Assembly: GCF_018977255.1 (NCBI RefSeq)
Contig: NW_024704767.1
Coordinates: 7,316,001-7,380,000 of the forward strand
From: Callorhinchus milii
Lineage: Eukaryota
Length of the DNA stretch: 64,000 nucleotides
Reading direction: 5' to 3'
The stretch's first letter is position 1. Each line of letters opens with the position of its first letter. The translations under genes were made by a program, and so were the position numbers. Shown piece after piece: positions 46,075 through 59,590 of this stretch. A model generated the notes under the pieces. It made no database searches. It saw only the letters and a list, made by a program, of their open reading frames with translations, and had not been told where the DNA came from.

Positions 46075-46550
46075 ATTGATAATCTCATCAGCAAGACTTG
46101 GAAGAGCAGACCAGAATCAGATAAGGCAAAGAAGAGGGCTAAGGATAGAGCCCTGGGGTACCCTGCTGGAAGAGAAACCATTTGCTGAGATGAAATGGAG
46201 GCGGTTGGTTAAGTAGGACTCGAACCATACAAATGTGATCCCACTAAGGTAAATGAGGGACGAGAGCCGATGGAGGAGGATGGGACAGTCGATTGTGTCG
46301 AACGCGGCAGAGAGATCCAGGAGGACGAGGAGGCAGAGGGAGCCCTGGTCACAGATAGAGAGAATGTCGTTTGTGACTTTGACAAGCGCTGTCTCTGTGC
46401 TGTGGGCAGGGCGAAAACCAGACTGCAGGGGCTCGAGGAGGGAGTGGAGGGAGAGGTGTGACCCAAGTTGACCTGCAACAATGCGTTTCGGGACTTTGGT
46501 AAGGAAGGGTAGGTCGGAAATGGGGCGGTAGTGTGCGACATTAGAGGGAT
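46075..46550 (-). mobile_element. L2 LINE internal RT fragment
   Basis: Minus frame reads LLEPLQSGFRPAHSTETALVKVTNDIL...LLDLSAAFDTID. Confidence 0.9.
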
Positions 46551-47564
46551 CACCATTCTAATGTCTAATTTTAGACATTCATGAGGGAAGCAGCTGCCAC
46601 ACTACAATGCTCTAAGCTTAGCAGCTATCTGCACCTACAATAATGTCTGCACAAAGTCTTTGTAACCCCCAGTTAAAATTTCTTCAGAATGTCACAAAAC
46701 GACATTTATCTTATAAACACTGGAGCAAGCAAAATCCATGTCCCCAGTGTTTTTGGCATTCCAAACTTTACTGTACTTATTGGTTTGGTGGTGCAGTTTG
46801 GAAGTATGCAGTTGAGATGTGTGCAGTGAAATATGTGGTATTTATCGTAGAGCTGTTAAATTCTTACACTATAGCTTTAGTTCTGGAGAAAAGTGCTTGG
46901 TGCATGGGCGTTGAATGTTAGAGATTTATAGGGTCTTGGGATCTAGGGTGTTCAATTAAATATCATTGAAAATTTGAAAAATGAATCACTTGGCACAGGG
47001 CTGCAAACTTACCTTTCTTCAATTCAAGCATCGTGATGTTTGGTTTACTTGTTTGTGAATTTACATAATTTGTTAATTGCTAAGTGCGGTGATTGGCCTA
47101 ACTTGGTCTGCCAGATAGCAGTTTTAGGTCTAATCTGGTCTAATTGTAAGATGGTCCATAAAAAGTAATTATAATGGAGAGTAACGAGGAGGAACAAAAA
47201 TGTAAAGATACATGAAGGAGAGTGACGAGGTTTGCTTGAAGGCCGTGTAAGATCTTTCATAATAACCAGAAAGTGAGACAAATTTCCTCACCACAGTAAT
47301 GTGCTGTTATGTGTGATGCAATTTCTCATTGAACTCTTTCCTCATTTTGTAAATCTGATTGTTAAACTTCAAAAGTTTTTGACATCAATTATTTTCTATG
47401 TTATGTGTATGTTTAATTAATAAAGTGGAAAATATAGCATCAAAAAATAGTTACATGAAACAAGATCTACTCCTAATATGACATAATTGCACGTCTTCAA
47501 ACTTGTCATTTTCATTTTTACTTCATAAGGGCTTGTAAACGATGTATGGATTTATGCAAACTAG

Positions 47565-48215
47565 GCGTCAGCTTCGACCCCCAATTATCCTTCCTCCCCC
47601 ACATCTGGTCCCTCACCAGCACTGCCTTCTTCCACCTCCGAAGCATCACCCGTCTCTGCCAATAACTTTCCAAAAGCCGCTGAAACCCTGGTCCATGCCT
47701 TTTGTCACCTCTCGGCTGGACTATTCTAACGCCCTCCTCGCCGGCCTCCCCTCCACTACCATCCACAAAATCTAAATTATTCAAAACTCTGCTGCCCACA
47801 TTCTCACCCGCACCAAACTCCGCTCCCCGATTACCCCAGTCCTTGCCAGACTGCACTGGCTGCCTGTCCCAGAGAGGATCGACTTCAAGATCCTCACCCT
47901 TGTCTTCAAATCCCTGCACTCCTCTGCACCACCCTACCTCTCTGACCTCCTCTCTCCTCAAAACAGTGACTGTTGCCTTCGTTCCTCTGGGTCTGGCTCC
48001 TCCTTGTCCCCCAAGTCTTCCGCTCCACCCTCAGCGGCCGGGCCTTCAGCCACTATGCCCTGAGGTTCTGGAACTGCCTTCCTCACTCCCTTCGCCTCGC
48101 TCCCTCTCTTCCTATTTTCAGGTCTCTGCTGAAGACCTTTCTTTTCGACCGCGCCTTTGGTCACCTTCCTCCCCCTCCCCCTGGCTCGGTCCCGGGATCC
48201 GTTACTGTGAAGCGC
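47565..48215 (+). mobile_element. 5'-truncated L2 LINE
   Basis: SRLDYSNALLAGLP, LHWLP, RAFSHYALRFWNCLP; same 3' UTR type as the 35729 copy. Confidence 0.9.
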
Positions 48216-49297
48216 TCTTCTTCATTCCCCCCACCCTATCCCCCATTTCTACTGAGATCAATTGCATCACTTACTCAAGTGATCCAGCTCAGATTAGAGA
48301 ATTCAGCACCAACTAGTGATAGAAAGTGTGACATAAATACCACACCAAATACATATTTACACTCACTGAACTATTAAAACAATCTTGTTTTTTAAATGAA
48401 CTGAAGGAGTATTAATCACGCACTATCCTTTAACCTCTTATGAGTTGCAGATTCCCCACTTCGAAACAACCTACTTTCAAAAGTAATGTGTGGTTCAGTT
48501 AAATACCTTCTCTGTTTAGCCTCAGAGACTTGTCATTTGCCAAGAAAGTAGAGCAGAAGCATATTACTGTTGGCCTACGGTAATCATTGCCAAGTGTCTG
48601 CTTGCTGGTACTTTTTTTAAAAAATGTAGTTGGCACTGTTACAGGGAGCTGTCTTTCTCTTAACATAGTCCCAGCTGACTTTTGCTATGATGCCATAGAA
48701 AGATAGTTAAAAGTAAAATTTCCCTGCTTGACATTTATAGTACTGTTGATTAAGATATGATTGAAACTACAGCTAATTACTGTACAAATTTATGTCCAGT
48801 ACACAGTGTATTGCTGAAACATTTCTAAAATGCTTGTTCTTTGCTGAGTTTGTCAATCTCAGTCAGGAATTATGATAAATGTGAATTGCACTCAGTGTCC
48901 CTGGATTGGGAAGTCTCCTGCTGGAAAATGTGTGTTTTTGGACAGCTGGACAGGATGAGATTCAATTGTGGAGTTCCATAAGGTTGGTAGATTGCGAATC
49001 TTCAGTGTAGGATCATGAAAAAAAACCAGTTGGACCAGACGGCTGCTGGTATCTGTGTAACCGCACCTCCAGGTTAAGTCAGCACCTTCAGCACACAAGA
49101 GGAGAAAATTGGAAAGAAATATGAAACAGTAATAGTAGCCCTGGAGTCTTTCCTGATTATTCTATGCTGATTCAAGGTTGGTTATCCATGACGGGAAGGC
49201 AAAGAGAGGAAGAAGTTTCTTTTGTATTGGTACAATAATGGGACATTTAACCATCAATAATACACATCTTCTCATCCATCATTTTCTCTGTTCACAG

Positions 49298-49378
49298 GAT
49301 CCATCAGTAACCCAGCTAACTCAAGGCAATAAAGAAGGAATTGAGGATTTCAATCCATTCAGTGAAAACACTCGGCTG
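49298..49378 (+). CDS. SCAMP2: SCAMP2 exon 2 (DPSVTQLTQGNKEGIEDFNPFSENTRL)
   Basis: tcacag/gtatgc. Confidence 0.93.
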
Positions 49379-49806
49379 GTATGCTCATTTCAAAATTGTT
49401 GCTAGTTGTTTTCCCAGCTCCACCTGAAGTGCTCTTATTTCAGATATAGCAAATAAATAGGTATACTTGTAGAACATCATCCCAACATGAAAGGAACTAG
49501 GTAAAAGTAAATTGTATTGTACCCGATGATTGACAGTTACAATAGCCAATTACCGCCTGGATCCTGTTCTCCTGTATAAGCCCAAACAAAATTTTTAAAC
49601 TTATTGGGATTTTTTATTAACCAAAATAATTTTCATCAGGGGTTGTACTGTGTCTATGGTAGCACATTGTACCAACCCTTTTCTTTCTTCCTAATATTTC
49701 TCTCTCACCTTGATTTTCTCTCCCACATGGATTTGAGTTGTGTTAACATTGGTTTCAAACAAGATTGGCATTTTGTTTTTTTCTCATCTACAATTTTTTG
49801 TTTTAG

Positions 49807-49896
49807 ACTCCCACATTGGGTACCACAGTGCCAGCTGCACAGAAGACTCCTTCTCAGCCGGCTATCCTGCAACCTACAGTAGAGCCCAGCCCTCAG
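49807..49896 (+). CDS. SCAMP2: SCAMP2 exon 3 (TPTLGTTVPA...QPAILQPTVEPSPQ)
   Basis: ttttag/gtaaag. Confidence 0.9.
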
Positions 49897-52236
49897 GTAA
49901 AGCACTGTGTTTACATCATGTATTGGCAGCATTTTTAGAGCTTGCTAAAGACAGCATAGGACAGTTTGGTTCTCAATACGTCCTCCCGACGTGAGAGGCA
50001 CTATATAAATGCAATTTTTTGTTGTTTGAAGGAGCACTGACTATATTAATATCAACAGTATGTGGAAACGCAAGAAAGATATTGTGGATCCCAATAATTA
50101 CAAAAAGGGGGTTCTGGTATTAGTCAATTTTTCTTTTTCTGTCCAGGATTGCAAAATTGAGCTTTTCAATTGACTGTTCAAAGACAAGATAAATCGGTAC
50201 TTAACAAGTTCTGCAATAAACTCTTTAAGTCTTATAGTTCTCTATATATGGTGCAATATTTAGTAAATAGTTTACATTTATGGCAAAAGCCGCTTTACCT
50301 CCTGTTTTGAATCTGCACAAGGAGGAATTCTTTAGCCTTTAGTAGGTAGATAGAAAATCCTGTTGTCAATTCATAGAAATAGAAATTCCTGTCTTGATTT
50401 TTGTATCCAAACGCAGAAGTGAGTGTAAACTAGTCACTGGCTCCCACTTAACTAGTGCACCCAAATAAGTGTACATATCTGTGACTTTACAGTTACCAAC
50501 AACAACTTGTATTTATACAGCACAGGATAGTGTGTCGGAATGCTTTCAATTAAATTAGAAATTAATTAGAATTAAATAAAATTAGAATTTTCATTTTAAG
50601 TATATAGGCTTGTATGAAAATGCTCATTATATTGTTGTCTGCCTGAAAAGTTCACTTTGCCTTGAATGTATAAGGTTTCTGTGCTTAAATTGGATGTGAT
50701 CTAACATAAAGATATATTGGGCAGATTTAGAATTTTCCCATGCATTATGTTTCCCCTTCCCCACTATGTGACTAATGTCAATAAAGGATACCGTTTTTAA
50801 GCCATTGAACTGAAATTCTGCTCTGTGTTGCCTTTGGCGATGGCATCCACAAATATGATTTATTCCATTATAATCAATAAAGGTATGATTTGAATTCAGC
50901 ACTATATGGTATGCTTAAGTTAGAACTTTTGAGATGGGTATTTTCTGACGATTATGCAGATGAGACTGACTAAGTGTGTATTGCAGATGCTACTATTACA
51001 TCAGGCCAGGAAGTTTCTGACAACCTTATCCAGTCCGTTAACCAATGACAAATATTCAGAGAGCTTCAGGTTACTAGGGGGAAACCCTTTTCCATATAAA
51101 GACAAGGTGAGAAGGAAGGCAGGATCAGGTAGGAAAACTAGCTGTATCCTGAACAAGTAGATATTATAAAATAGTAACCATAAGCTTGTTTTAAAAATGA
51201 AGCAACATTCTCAAGGCTAACTGAATGTCTTTCATTTACCCTTCAAAAATTTGGCACTAAATTGACCAACATATACTTAGTAACTCCTTTTTCAAATTTA
51301 ACTCCAGTTTTGTTCTACAGAATTCAGCACTTCACTCTGTTGTCGGTATTCCAGAAAAAGTTTAGCATTGCCATTTTAACCAGTTTTTGTTTACAATGTT
51401 AGTCTATTTATAATGGTTTTATTCCTGTTGTGGATTCTTCAATAACATTATACAATATAAAAATGGTAAACCCCGCATCAGAAAAAATACTCAAAAGTTG
51501 AGTGATTTTGTCGAGAGCAGATTACGCATATTCTCCCTGTGTGAGAGTTTGCCAATCTGAGTGAGTTAAATTTGCCACAAACTGGGTGTTTATTGTGATG
51601 AATAGAACAGTGCTCGGGGTTACCATACCATCAAAGCTAATTTCCCTATCCTGTGTGGACCATGTCATGTAAACTTTGAACTCTAGGAAGCAGAGTTTTA
51701 AGAAACCAATAGACTGTTCAAAGCATTCCCAACGTGGTCGTTAAGCTGATCTGCTCTATTGCAAACTCAAGCAGTTGCCTCAAATTTAGAAGATGACAGG
51801 ATTCCTTTTTTGGGTCATAGGAATCTTCTGACTCCCAAAAATATCCAAAATAACCTGGCAGAGTGATCAGGCCCAGAAAACTTGGGTGGGACCTTTTTCA
51901 GTAGCTGACTAAGTTGGGGAGGACTAGAATAGGAGGTGACATGGATTGTCAGTCTTCCATCTCATGGAAACTTCAAACTTTGTTGTGGAGAAATGTACTA
52001 ACCCTCAGGTTTTATTACTAACTTTGTTGTCCCAAAAAAGATGTGACGGTTTTCACTTTGACTGAATCAAATGATCTTAGACTACTCGCTAAGGTAAACC
52101 ACACACAGCTTGTGACAAATTGAAGGTTCCTTTAGGGTGTGAGAAACGGGAAATAGACATCTGATCAATAACTATTGCATCTTTCTACAGCAGTATCAAC
52201 TTTCACCATCACTTATGTTGTCTCTGTGCTATTCAG

Positions 52237-52345
52237 GCCACTGCTTCAGCTGCACAATTGGCGCTGCTTCGGCAGCAGGAAGAGCTGGAGAAAAAAGCTG
52301 CAGAACTGGATCGCAAGGAGCAAGAGTTGAATGAAAACTATAATC
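52237..52345 (+). CDS. SCAMP2: SCAMP2 exon 4 (ATASAAQLALLRQQEELEKKAAELDRKEQEL)
   Basis: attcag/gtaagg; coiled coil. Confidence 0.93.
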
Positions 52346-52608
52346 GTAAGGAAATGCTAACCTGTTGATAAATCTATGTATAAGCATTACAGAGCTTGGC
52401 TGAGCAACATCGCATGTTGGAACACAGTATTTGGATTGCAGTCTGATTGTGCTTTCACAAATAGCAGTGGGTTTCTATTATTAAAATATTGAAACAAGAC
52501 AAAAAGGATATTCTTTTTTTCTATGGAGAATGTCAATGTATGTGTCACTGGATCAATGCTGACATTTTAAAGTGTATTTAAATAATACTTTTTTGCTTTT
52601 CCTCGCAG

Positions 52609-52737
52609 CGAAAAGAAATAACTGGCCACCATTTCCTGCATTTTGTCCCATCAAACCCTGCTTTTACCAGGACTTTTCAGGAGAAATCCCAGCAGGTTTA
52701 CAGACGGTCGTTAAAATGTTGTACTACTTGTGGATGT
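52609..52737 (+). CDS. SCAMP2: SCAMP2 exon 5 (KRNNWPPFPAFCPIKPCFYQDF...YYLWM)
   Basis: tcgcag/gtaagt; NNWPP and PCFYQDF motifs. Confidence 0.95.
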
Positions 52738-53491
52738 GTAAGTTTTAACTATTTTGATGATGTTTAGTTCTTCATTCCAATATTATGAGAAAATATTAGG
52801 AACGTCAAATAAGATTTTTTAAACCAAAACCATAATAATGTAATCTGTCTCAACGATCTGCATAATTTATTGAATATCCAAATATTTCACAAAAAATAAT
52901 TGTCATGTTTCATTTTTAAAAATGTGTATATATAAAGACAAACTGCCTAAAGTCTGATTTCATTTATAATTCAGTTCAGTTTTGTACTACCTGTACTAAA
53001 CTGGAGTCACAAAGGGATTGTACTGTACAGATTTAGAGGTTGTTTTATGCCATTTTTTTCAATCATTTCATAAGTAACCAAATGAACATCATCTTGTTTT
53101 TTTTTCATGGCAAAAGCTATGTTTTATTAATCATGTGGAATGTTGCCTTTTCTTGACGAACAATTGCCTTGTGCTCCATTGCTCTTTGCTTTTTTTGTTC
53201 CCTGTAAACAAAATATATGTTAATTGTCCTGTTTTTCTAATAGCCGTAATGTTGTATCTTTCATACCAGCATTGGTAAGATTTGCAAACACTCTACAGCA
53301 GTTCTCAATTGTTTGTGACATTCATTCTGAATGCCCCAACCTCCAAATAGGAAGTGAATTCCAGTAGATTTTCCGCCAATAAATTGCTTTGGGAAAACTT
53401 TGGAAGACAACTTGTATCATTCAATATACTTTTGAAAGGTGCTTTTTGTTACATTTGGTACATATAATTTTTTTCTCTATCTTTCCAACAG

Positions 53492-53651
53492 TTCATTCAT
53501 TTACACTCTTCTTGAATCTTCTGGCTTGCCTGGCTGAGTTTATTGTTAAGCCAGAGTATGGAGTAGACTTTGGCTTGGCAATCTTATGGTTTTTACTCTT
53601 CACTCCTTGTGCTTTCATCTGCTGGTACAGGCCAATTTACAAGGCTTTCAG
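53492..53651 (+). CDS. SCAMP2: SCAMP2 exon 6 ([13 protein letters not shown]...[10 protein letters not shown])
   Basis: caacag/gtaagt; E-peptide. Confidence 0.95.
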
Positions 53652-53953
53652 GTAAGTTGCAGTGGGATTTTTAAAATATATCCATACTAAAATGAAGGGT
53701 TTGGGCTGCATTCTAATCAGATACTTGTGAGAGATATAATTGCAGCTTCCTTTTTTCCTACACTCCCTTAAAAAGCTTTTCCACCTTCCTAAAGAAGGGT
53801 CATTGAGATGATTCTAGGCATTGGTCTGAACCCCTTTGTGTCTGAGGTAGGTGTGTATCCAGGGATGCACACAAGACTGAGGACCAGTCCGATATAGATG
53901 TGTGTCACCTTTAAATACTCAAGATTCGCAACTGTGAACAAACATTTTCTTTA

Positions 53954-54083
53954 AACAAAATACTGCAGATGCTGGAAATCTGGTAAAAACACAGAGGTTT
54001 CTGGGAACACGCAGCAGGTCAGGCAGCATCCATGGAGACAGGAAAATAGTTAATGTTTCAGCTCTATGACCTATCGTCAGAAC
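53954..54083 (-). mobile_element. Penelope-type short element with minimal hammerhead core, flanked by a 13-bp direct repeat
   Basis: Minus strand tgtt-CTGACGA-t-aggtc-ata-gagct-GAAA-cat-t-aact; aacattttcttta at 53941-53953 and 54081-54093. Confidence 0.75.
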
Positions 54084-54447
54084 ATTTTCTTTAGTTTGTA
54101 TTTGTGTATTACTTATTAAGAATTACTTCACAGGTTGCGATTCTGCTCTGTGAAATTTCATGTCCATTGGGGTAATAAAGATCTTTTCAACACATTGTGT
54201 CTACGGCCTTTTATAATTCTGCTTACCAGCTCTTCCTCACATGCTTTTTTGTTGTTGGGATTCCAGTGAATTGATGATTTCACACATCACTGTGAATCAC
54301 TAAAGGTAAAAAGGCTCTTGTTCCAAATTTCTGCATTAGATCTTTCCATTTAAAAAAAATGTAACTTATAAATTCTGCTTATTTTCCTTTTAGGTTGTCA
54401 AAGCTACAAGTAGTGGTATATTAAAATATATCTTTTTTTCTTTTCAG

Positions 54448-54549
54448 GTCTGACAGTTCATTCAACTTCTTTTTCTTCTTCTTTGTGTTCTTCTGCCAAA
54501 TTATTCTTTACATCATCCAGACAGTGGGAATCCCCAAATGGGGCGTCAG
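54448..54549 (+). CDS. SCAMP2: SCAMP2 exon 7 ([17 protein letters not shown]...GIPKWGV)
   Basis: tttcag/gtaagc. Confidence 0.95.
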
Positions 54550-54926
54550 GTAAGCATTTGTTCACCGCTGACTTGAAAATTGGGTTTCTTCAGTGTGAAA
54601 TTTCTTTGTAAGCTATCTGTTGCCTTTTCTGCATCTTTCTGTATATCCTCTCAACAGATTTCAGCAGCCTGTAAGGCAGTTGTTGAGACCTCTTTCATGC
54701 TGCCTCTTTCTAGTCATTCCAAAGGCACGTATCTCTTATACTGACCACTCCTTCTTACTGCTACTTTTTTTATTAACCCACTCTGTGTGATTTGCAGAAT
54801 CTGATCTTTTTCACTTACACATTTCACAATGTTTGATTTGCAGTGACCTTCAACCATTTATCTTCTTAGTCTTTCATATATTAAAAAACACATAGTTACT
54901 GAAGCGCAATTTTGTTCCGTTTCCAG

Positions 54927-55044
54927 TGGCTGGATTGCAGCTTTGAGTTGGATTAGCTCTAACATCGCCGTGGCTGTCATTATGATGGTGGTGGCAGCCT
55001 TCTTCACATTGTGCTCAGTCTTGTCCTTGGTTTTGCTGCAAAGG
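54927..55044 (+). CDS. SCAMP2: SCAMP2 exon 8 (GWIAALSWIS...LLQR)
   Basis: ttccag/gtaaga. Confidence 0.93.
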
Positions 55045-55669
55045 GTAAGAATGAATCTATAAACCCAATTCTGTGAGTGCAGGAACTGTGGAGGGCGAGG
55101 AGCTCTTTTTCTCCTCCCCACCCTCTTCCCCCCCCCCCCCCCCCATGCCCTAAAATGCAGAAGTTATTAGTAGATTCATTCAAATGTATTGTTTCACAAT
55201 TTTAAGTGCATGTTTGCCCTCCATATTCTAGCTAGCTGAATTAACCATATACATAGTCGCTGGAAGAGCGAGTTGTACTCGTTACTACAGGCTGATTCCA
55301 GTTAATATAGTGGTTTTGGTCCATAAATTCTCCCCCATGTTGTAACAGGCCACCTTTTCAAAATGGCCAGGGGTCAGCATTCTCAGGTTATCAGATTCCC
55401 ACTGATATTGTGCTAGCACAGGAAACTGACCAGTCAGTACTGAAAGGTGGATACCATGGGTCCATCGTGTCACCATGCTTTAAGTGGACCTGCTATACAA
55501 TCATCATGTCGCAGCGGATTAGCCTGTATTGTGACAGAACTGCCTATTTCAATCTTTTTTTTAAAAAAAACTCTGAAGCATAAAATGTCCTTCTGCAGTG
55601 GTACAGTTTCCCTGGTGCACTTAGTTCAATGTCTATTCTTCAAGCTTATTCATTCTTCATTCATTTTTG

Positions 55670-55775
55670 CTGCCATAAAAATATATAGTCAATTCGCTTT
55701 ACAGTAAAGACTGTGAAGCGCTTTGAGACGTCTCGAAGATGTGATAAAGCGCTATATCAAATGAAAGGATCATAA
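55670..55775 (+). mobile_element. Family-A SINE tail just upstream of the SCAMP2 last exon
   Basis: gtgaagcgctttgagacgtctcgaaga..aagcgctatatcaaatg. Confidence 0.8.
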
Positions 55776-55808
55776 TTCGAGTTTTTCCCTCTGTTTCTCA
55801 CTGCCCAG

Positions 55809-55955
55809 GTGCATTCCATTTTCCGCAGAACAGGTGCCAGCTTTCAAAGAGCACAGGAAGAATTCTCACAAGATTTCTTCGCAAACAGAACTGTACGCAA
55901 CGCTGCTACTTCTGCTGCAACTGCTGCTGCACAGAATTCCTTCCAAGGAAACTAA
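55809..55955 (+). CDS. SCAMP2: SCAMP2 exon 9 (VHSIFRRTGASFQRAQEEF...SFQGN*)
   Basis: gcccag acceptor, TAA 55953-55955; AATAAA candidates downstream (e.g. 57978-57983). Confidence 0.95.
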   Translation: MHSIFRRTGASFQRAQEEFSQDFFANRTVRNAATSAATAAAQNSFQGN

Positions 55956-58900
55956 ATATTGGATACTGTTTTTCATCCTTTCTCTTTGTACGAGCTTTAT
56001 AAACATGCACTTTCATTGGACAAAGATGTGTATTTGTGTGCCTACTTGCATGAATTTGGAAAAGCATAGTTGGCTTCAATCAAAGAGTTTAAAAATATGG
56101 TTTTGGTGTTGTCTAGGAAAACAGTGCTCGGAAAAATATATTTTTTCACATTTTTCTTGTTTATGAAGGATCATTGGCCAATGTACTAATAAAATCAAGA
56201 GATGTATGTATCAAGCTAACTTTTTAAAAAGAAAAATAATTTTGTAAGGAATGGGGATTTAACGACCATCAAATTTAATGGCATCAAATTTTATCTGACG
56301 TATTGTTGAACACTATGGCCTTGTGTACAATGTGTTTGAATCTGCTGTAATCCTAAAGCATTACATTCATCCTGTATAAACCTTTGGGTGGAGGAGGACT
56401 TTAATTTTGGTTCAGAAGATTTTTTTTCAGACATAGAAATGGTACTGTGCTACAAAACTGGCAGCATCTTTGATCTAGTAGTGTTACAGAAAGCTTCAAG
56501 TACAGAAAAGGCCTCCGATTATAAGGAAATATTAAAGTAATTCATGATGTGATGCTTTTTCTTCTGTAAAAAAAAATCAGCTGTATGGAAACTGAGTATT
56601 TTGGGGTATTTAAGGTATGTTTTTTAGTAAATATTAATATTCATTTGTATTTTTTTCCCATTAAACCATTTATAGTTTTGCTTGCTGTGTTCCCAGAAAC
56701 ACTAATTCCATTCTAAGAATCATGTCTGTACAGACCATTTCCTTTTTAAATTGTACCCAATGAAATCTTATGAATAGAATAATTGTAAGATATCCCAAGT
56801 GTTTTACTTGCTGTTCAGATGAAATTTTGATTTGATGTGTAGACTCTTAACTGAGCTTCATACAGTGCATTTGAAATGCTTTCTCTTCGTGTTACTTTAT
56901 GCTTGAGGGGGAAAAAATTCCCTTTACTGTCCCCTTCTCAGTTTCACACACACACACGCATACACCTCCTTTTGATGAGATTAACTAAGAATTAGTTTGA
57001 TGCCTTATTCACATTGTGCAGTGGATCCCTAACTACCAACATATTGAGAAAAGTTATTAAATCAGGACTTCCCACCTTGGATTCCTTTTTAAATCATTTG
57101 TATTCCAAAACCTTGACAGTCAAAAGTATTGGTTTTTGTTCATGCATTGTACTTTTTCCTCTTTTTCTCTTCCCTCAAAGAAAACTCCAATTCTCCTCTG
57201 GCAAGCAGGACAGTCCAGTCTGAATGTATGTGACTACTGCTCTGGTTGTTTCATCACAAGCTGTGTGTCTCACTTGTTTCTCACCCACTCCCTGACCTTA
57301 ATCTAATTCCTTACACCAAAACTGCCCACTCATGCCATGACTGCCTAAACTGCCCTCTCTGGAAAAGCCAACTGCAAATTTTGGTTGAGTCTGGCATCTG
57401 ATCTCCAGTCTCCTGTTGTGGAAGTCAATGCTCTTATCACTATAGCTCCAGCCTGGTTTAATTATGACTAGTACAGTACTTCCACATTGTCTCATTCTCA
57501 TGCCTTTTTGTTCATTGTAAAATCATTCACCATTTGTAAACTCCAAGGGCTATTTTGTACTGTATAGTGTAATTGCAACCAAAGTGTTATCCAGAGTACA
57601 GGCAGTTGCGAAACTTATTTGAATTATTCAGACATCTCCCGTTCTGCAGGTTGATCAGGCATGGTTCAGTGCTATGCTAAAAAGTTGAGTTATGGGTGCA
57701 TCAACATAGTACAAATTTAGATGGAAAGTAGTAAAATATCTATTTTAGGGATTGTTGCTCAACAATGCCCTTGGGAGTTTCTAGAATTTAATTGGATGTC
57801 TTTATAATTGAATATTGTATGTATTACAAATAATAACAAATGAGCTGATGTAATTTTTTGATCTGAAAAATGTATGTGGAATGTTCTCTGAATGTTCTCT
57901 CTTATAGAATGTGTAGGGTGGTGCCTTTTCATTGTTCTACAAAAATCCATGTAAATCCTTTAAAACATTTGTGCTTAAATAAAGCCCTTTAACCCAGTTA
58001 CCATTCGTAGACTTACTCTGTGGACCAGGTGAAGCAGTAAATCTGATTTTAATTGCATCCTGTGTTTATTGTTGAAAAGACCATGGAAAAATCGAAAACT
58101 CTTTGATCAAAACCTTTTCCCGAAGAATGCTTTGATCAAGAAATCAGTAAAGTGTGCTGCTGCCAAATTTCTGCCAACAATAATATGAATCTAGCACCAT
58201 GAGAATGCAAGGAATCCTGTGTCACTTGATTTTCCTTTACTGTTTCTCACTGTGCGCCTTCCTCCAGAAACAACACTTGACCTCTTGTCGACTGCTTCCC
58301 TTTCACAGCATAGTTTGATCAGAGATTTGCAGTGTAGATGACCAAGTGGAACCAACTTGCCTCTGCCATTGTACCCAGTGTATTGGAATCCACCAATGCT
58401 GGTGTTTTGGATTTAAACAAATTGTGTTTTTCTTGCATTTCTGGATTCAGTTTTATACCTGTGTGGATCTGTTTTGGATGCCTCCATACTTGCTATCTCT
58501 GAAACTTCAGCGTTCAATCCTTAACTTACTCCAAACAAATTATTTCTCTTGAATATCAGATTCTGTTGCAAAGGATGTTATCCTAATTTCGGGTGGACAA
58601 CCTTCTCTATCCGAATTAGCATTGGTTATGTTGTTGGGTTGTTTGTGGATTTCCTCCATGATACTTGAAGTATGTTGTTGTATGTGAAGTCTTCTGCATA
58701 AGGTCAGAAACTCTTAACCTTATAAAGAATTCATGATGTTTGAGCCAGCAGAATAAACATCTAGGTTAATATACAAGGCTAATACAATACTAGTTAGTTG
58801 GTCAATCTTGGCTGAAAGACAAGTAAAACGGCACTGGGAGGAGATGAAGTGTGTATTTCTATTGTGGGTTTGTTCCCAGACTGACAAACTTAAAGTGTTG

Positions 58901-59391
58901 ATTGGTGGTTTTGAGGTGTGCCATTCATGCAGGAATACCCGGTTATGTAGCTCACACCTACCCCGAGGGCCTCTGTAAGGTTGTAAGAGCAACTTTACAG
59001 GGGAAAACTGGGCAGGAAGGAATGACGGCTCTCCCTCTCCCTGCCTTAAAGCAAATAGCTTTCTATTGCAAAACCATCCCTATTGCATCAACCAGACACG
59101 TTCTATTTCCTAGAGCAGCTGTCACCTCTGCTAAATGACCACTTTTATGCTAATCAATGGTAGTTTCATGCTGTCACCCACACCCTATTCTCAAATTTAC
59201 ATAGTGAGTCTCCTTCAGCTATAAATGACCCAGGAAATAAACCAACAATTCAGGGAGCAGTACAGTAAAGTACAACCCACTCCCGAGATCTCAGCAGCAG
59301 CAATGGTTAGTTGCTCCCTCCTGCTGGTTCAAACAACAATTAGAAAAACGACCTCTTTAGAGGTGTAAGACTCCGTCATATTCAGGGGAGA

Positions 59392-59590
59392 GAATAAATA
59401 ATAATCCTAATAATCCTTGCATTTGATATCGCGCTTTTCACGGTGGGAGGATGTCCCAAATCGCTTCGCAGAATATACTGTAAAGTGAATTGACTGTATA
59501 TTTGTGGGCGAACGAAACAGCCAATTGCGCACAGCAGTGTCCCACAAACAGTCGTAGATTGAAAATGACCAATTTATTATTGTTTTTTGT
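59392..59590 (-). mobile_element. Family-A SINE 3' half
   Basis: same body and tail. Confidence 0.9.

Larger units (their letters stand above)
43228..55955 (+). other. SCAMP2: SCAMP2 gene (secretory carrier membrane protein 2), 9 exons, ~330 aa
   Basis: Exons 43228-43284, 49298-49378, 49807-49896, 52237-52345, 52609-52737, 53492-53651, 54448-54549, 54927-55044, 55809-55955 total 993 nt in frame; three NPF repeats, E-peptide [12 protein letters not shown]-terminus SFQGN; head-to-head with MPI as in human. Confidence 0.94.
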
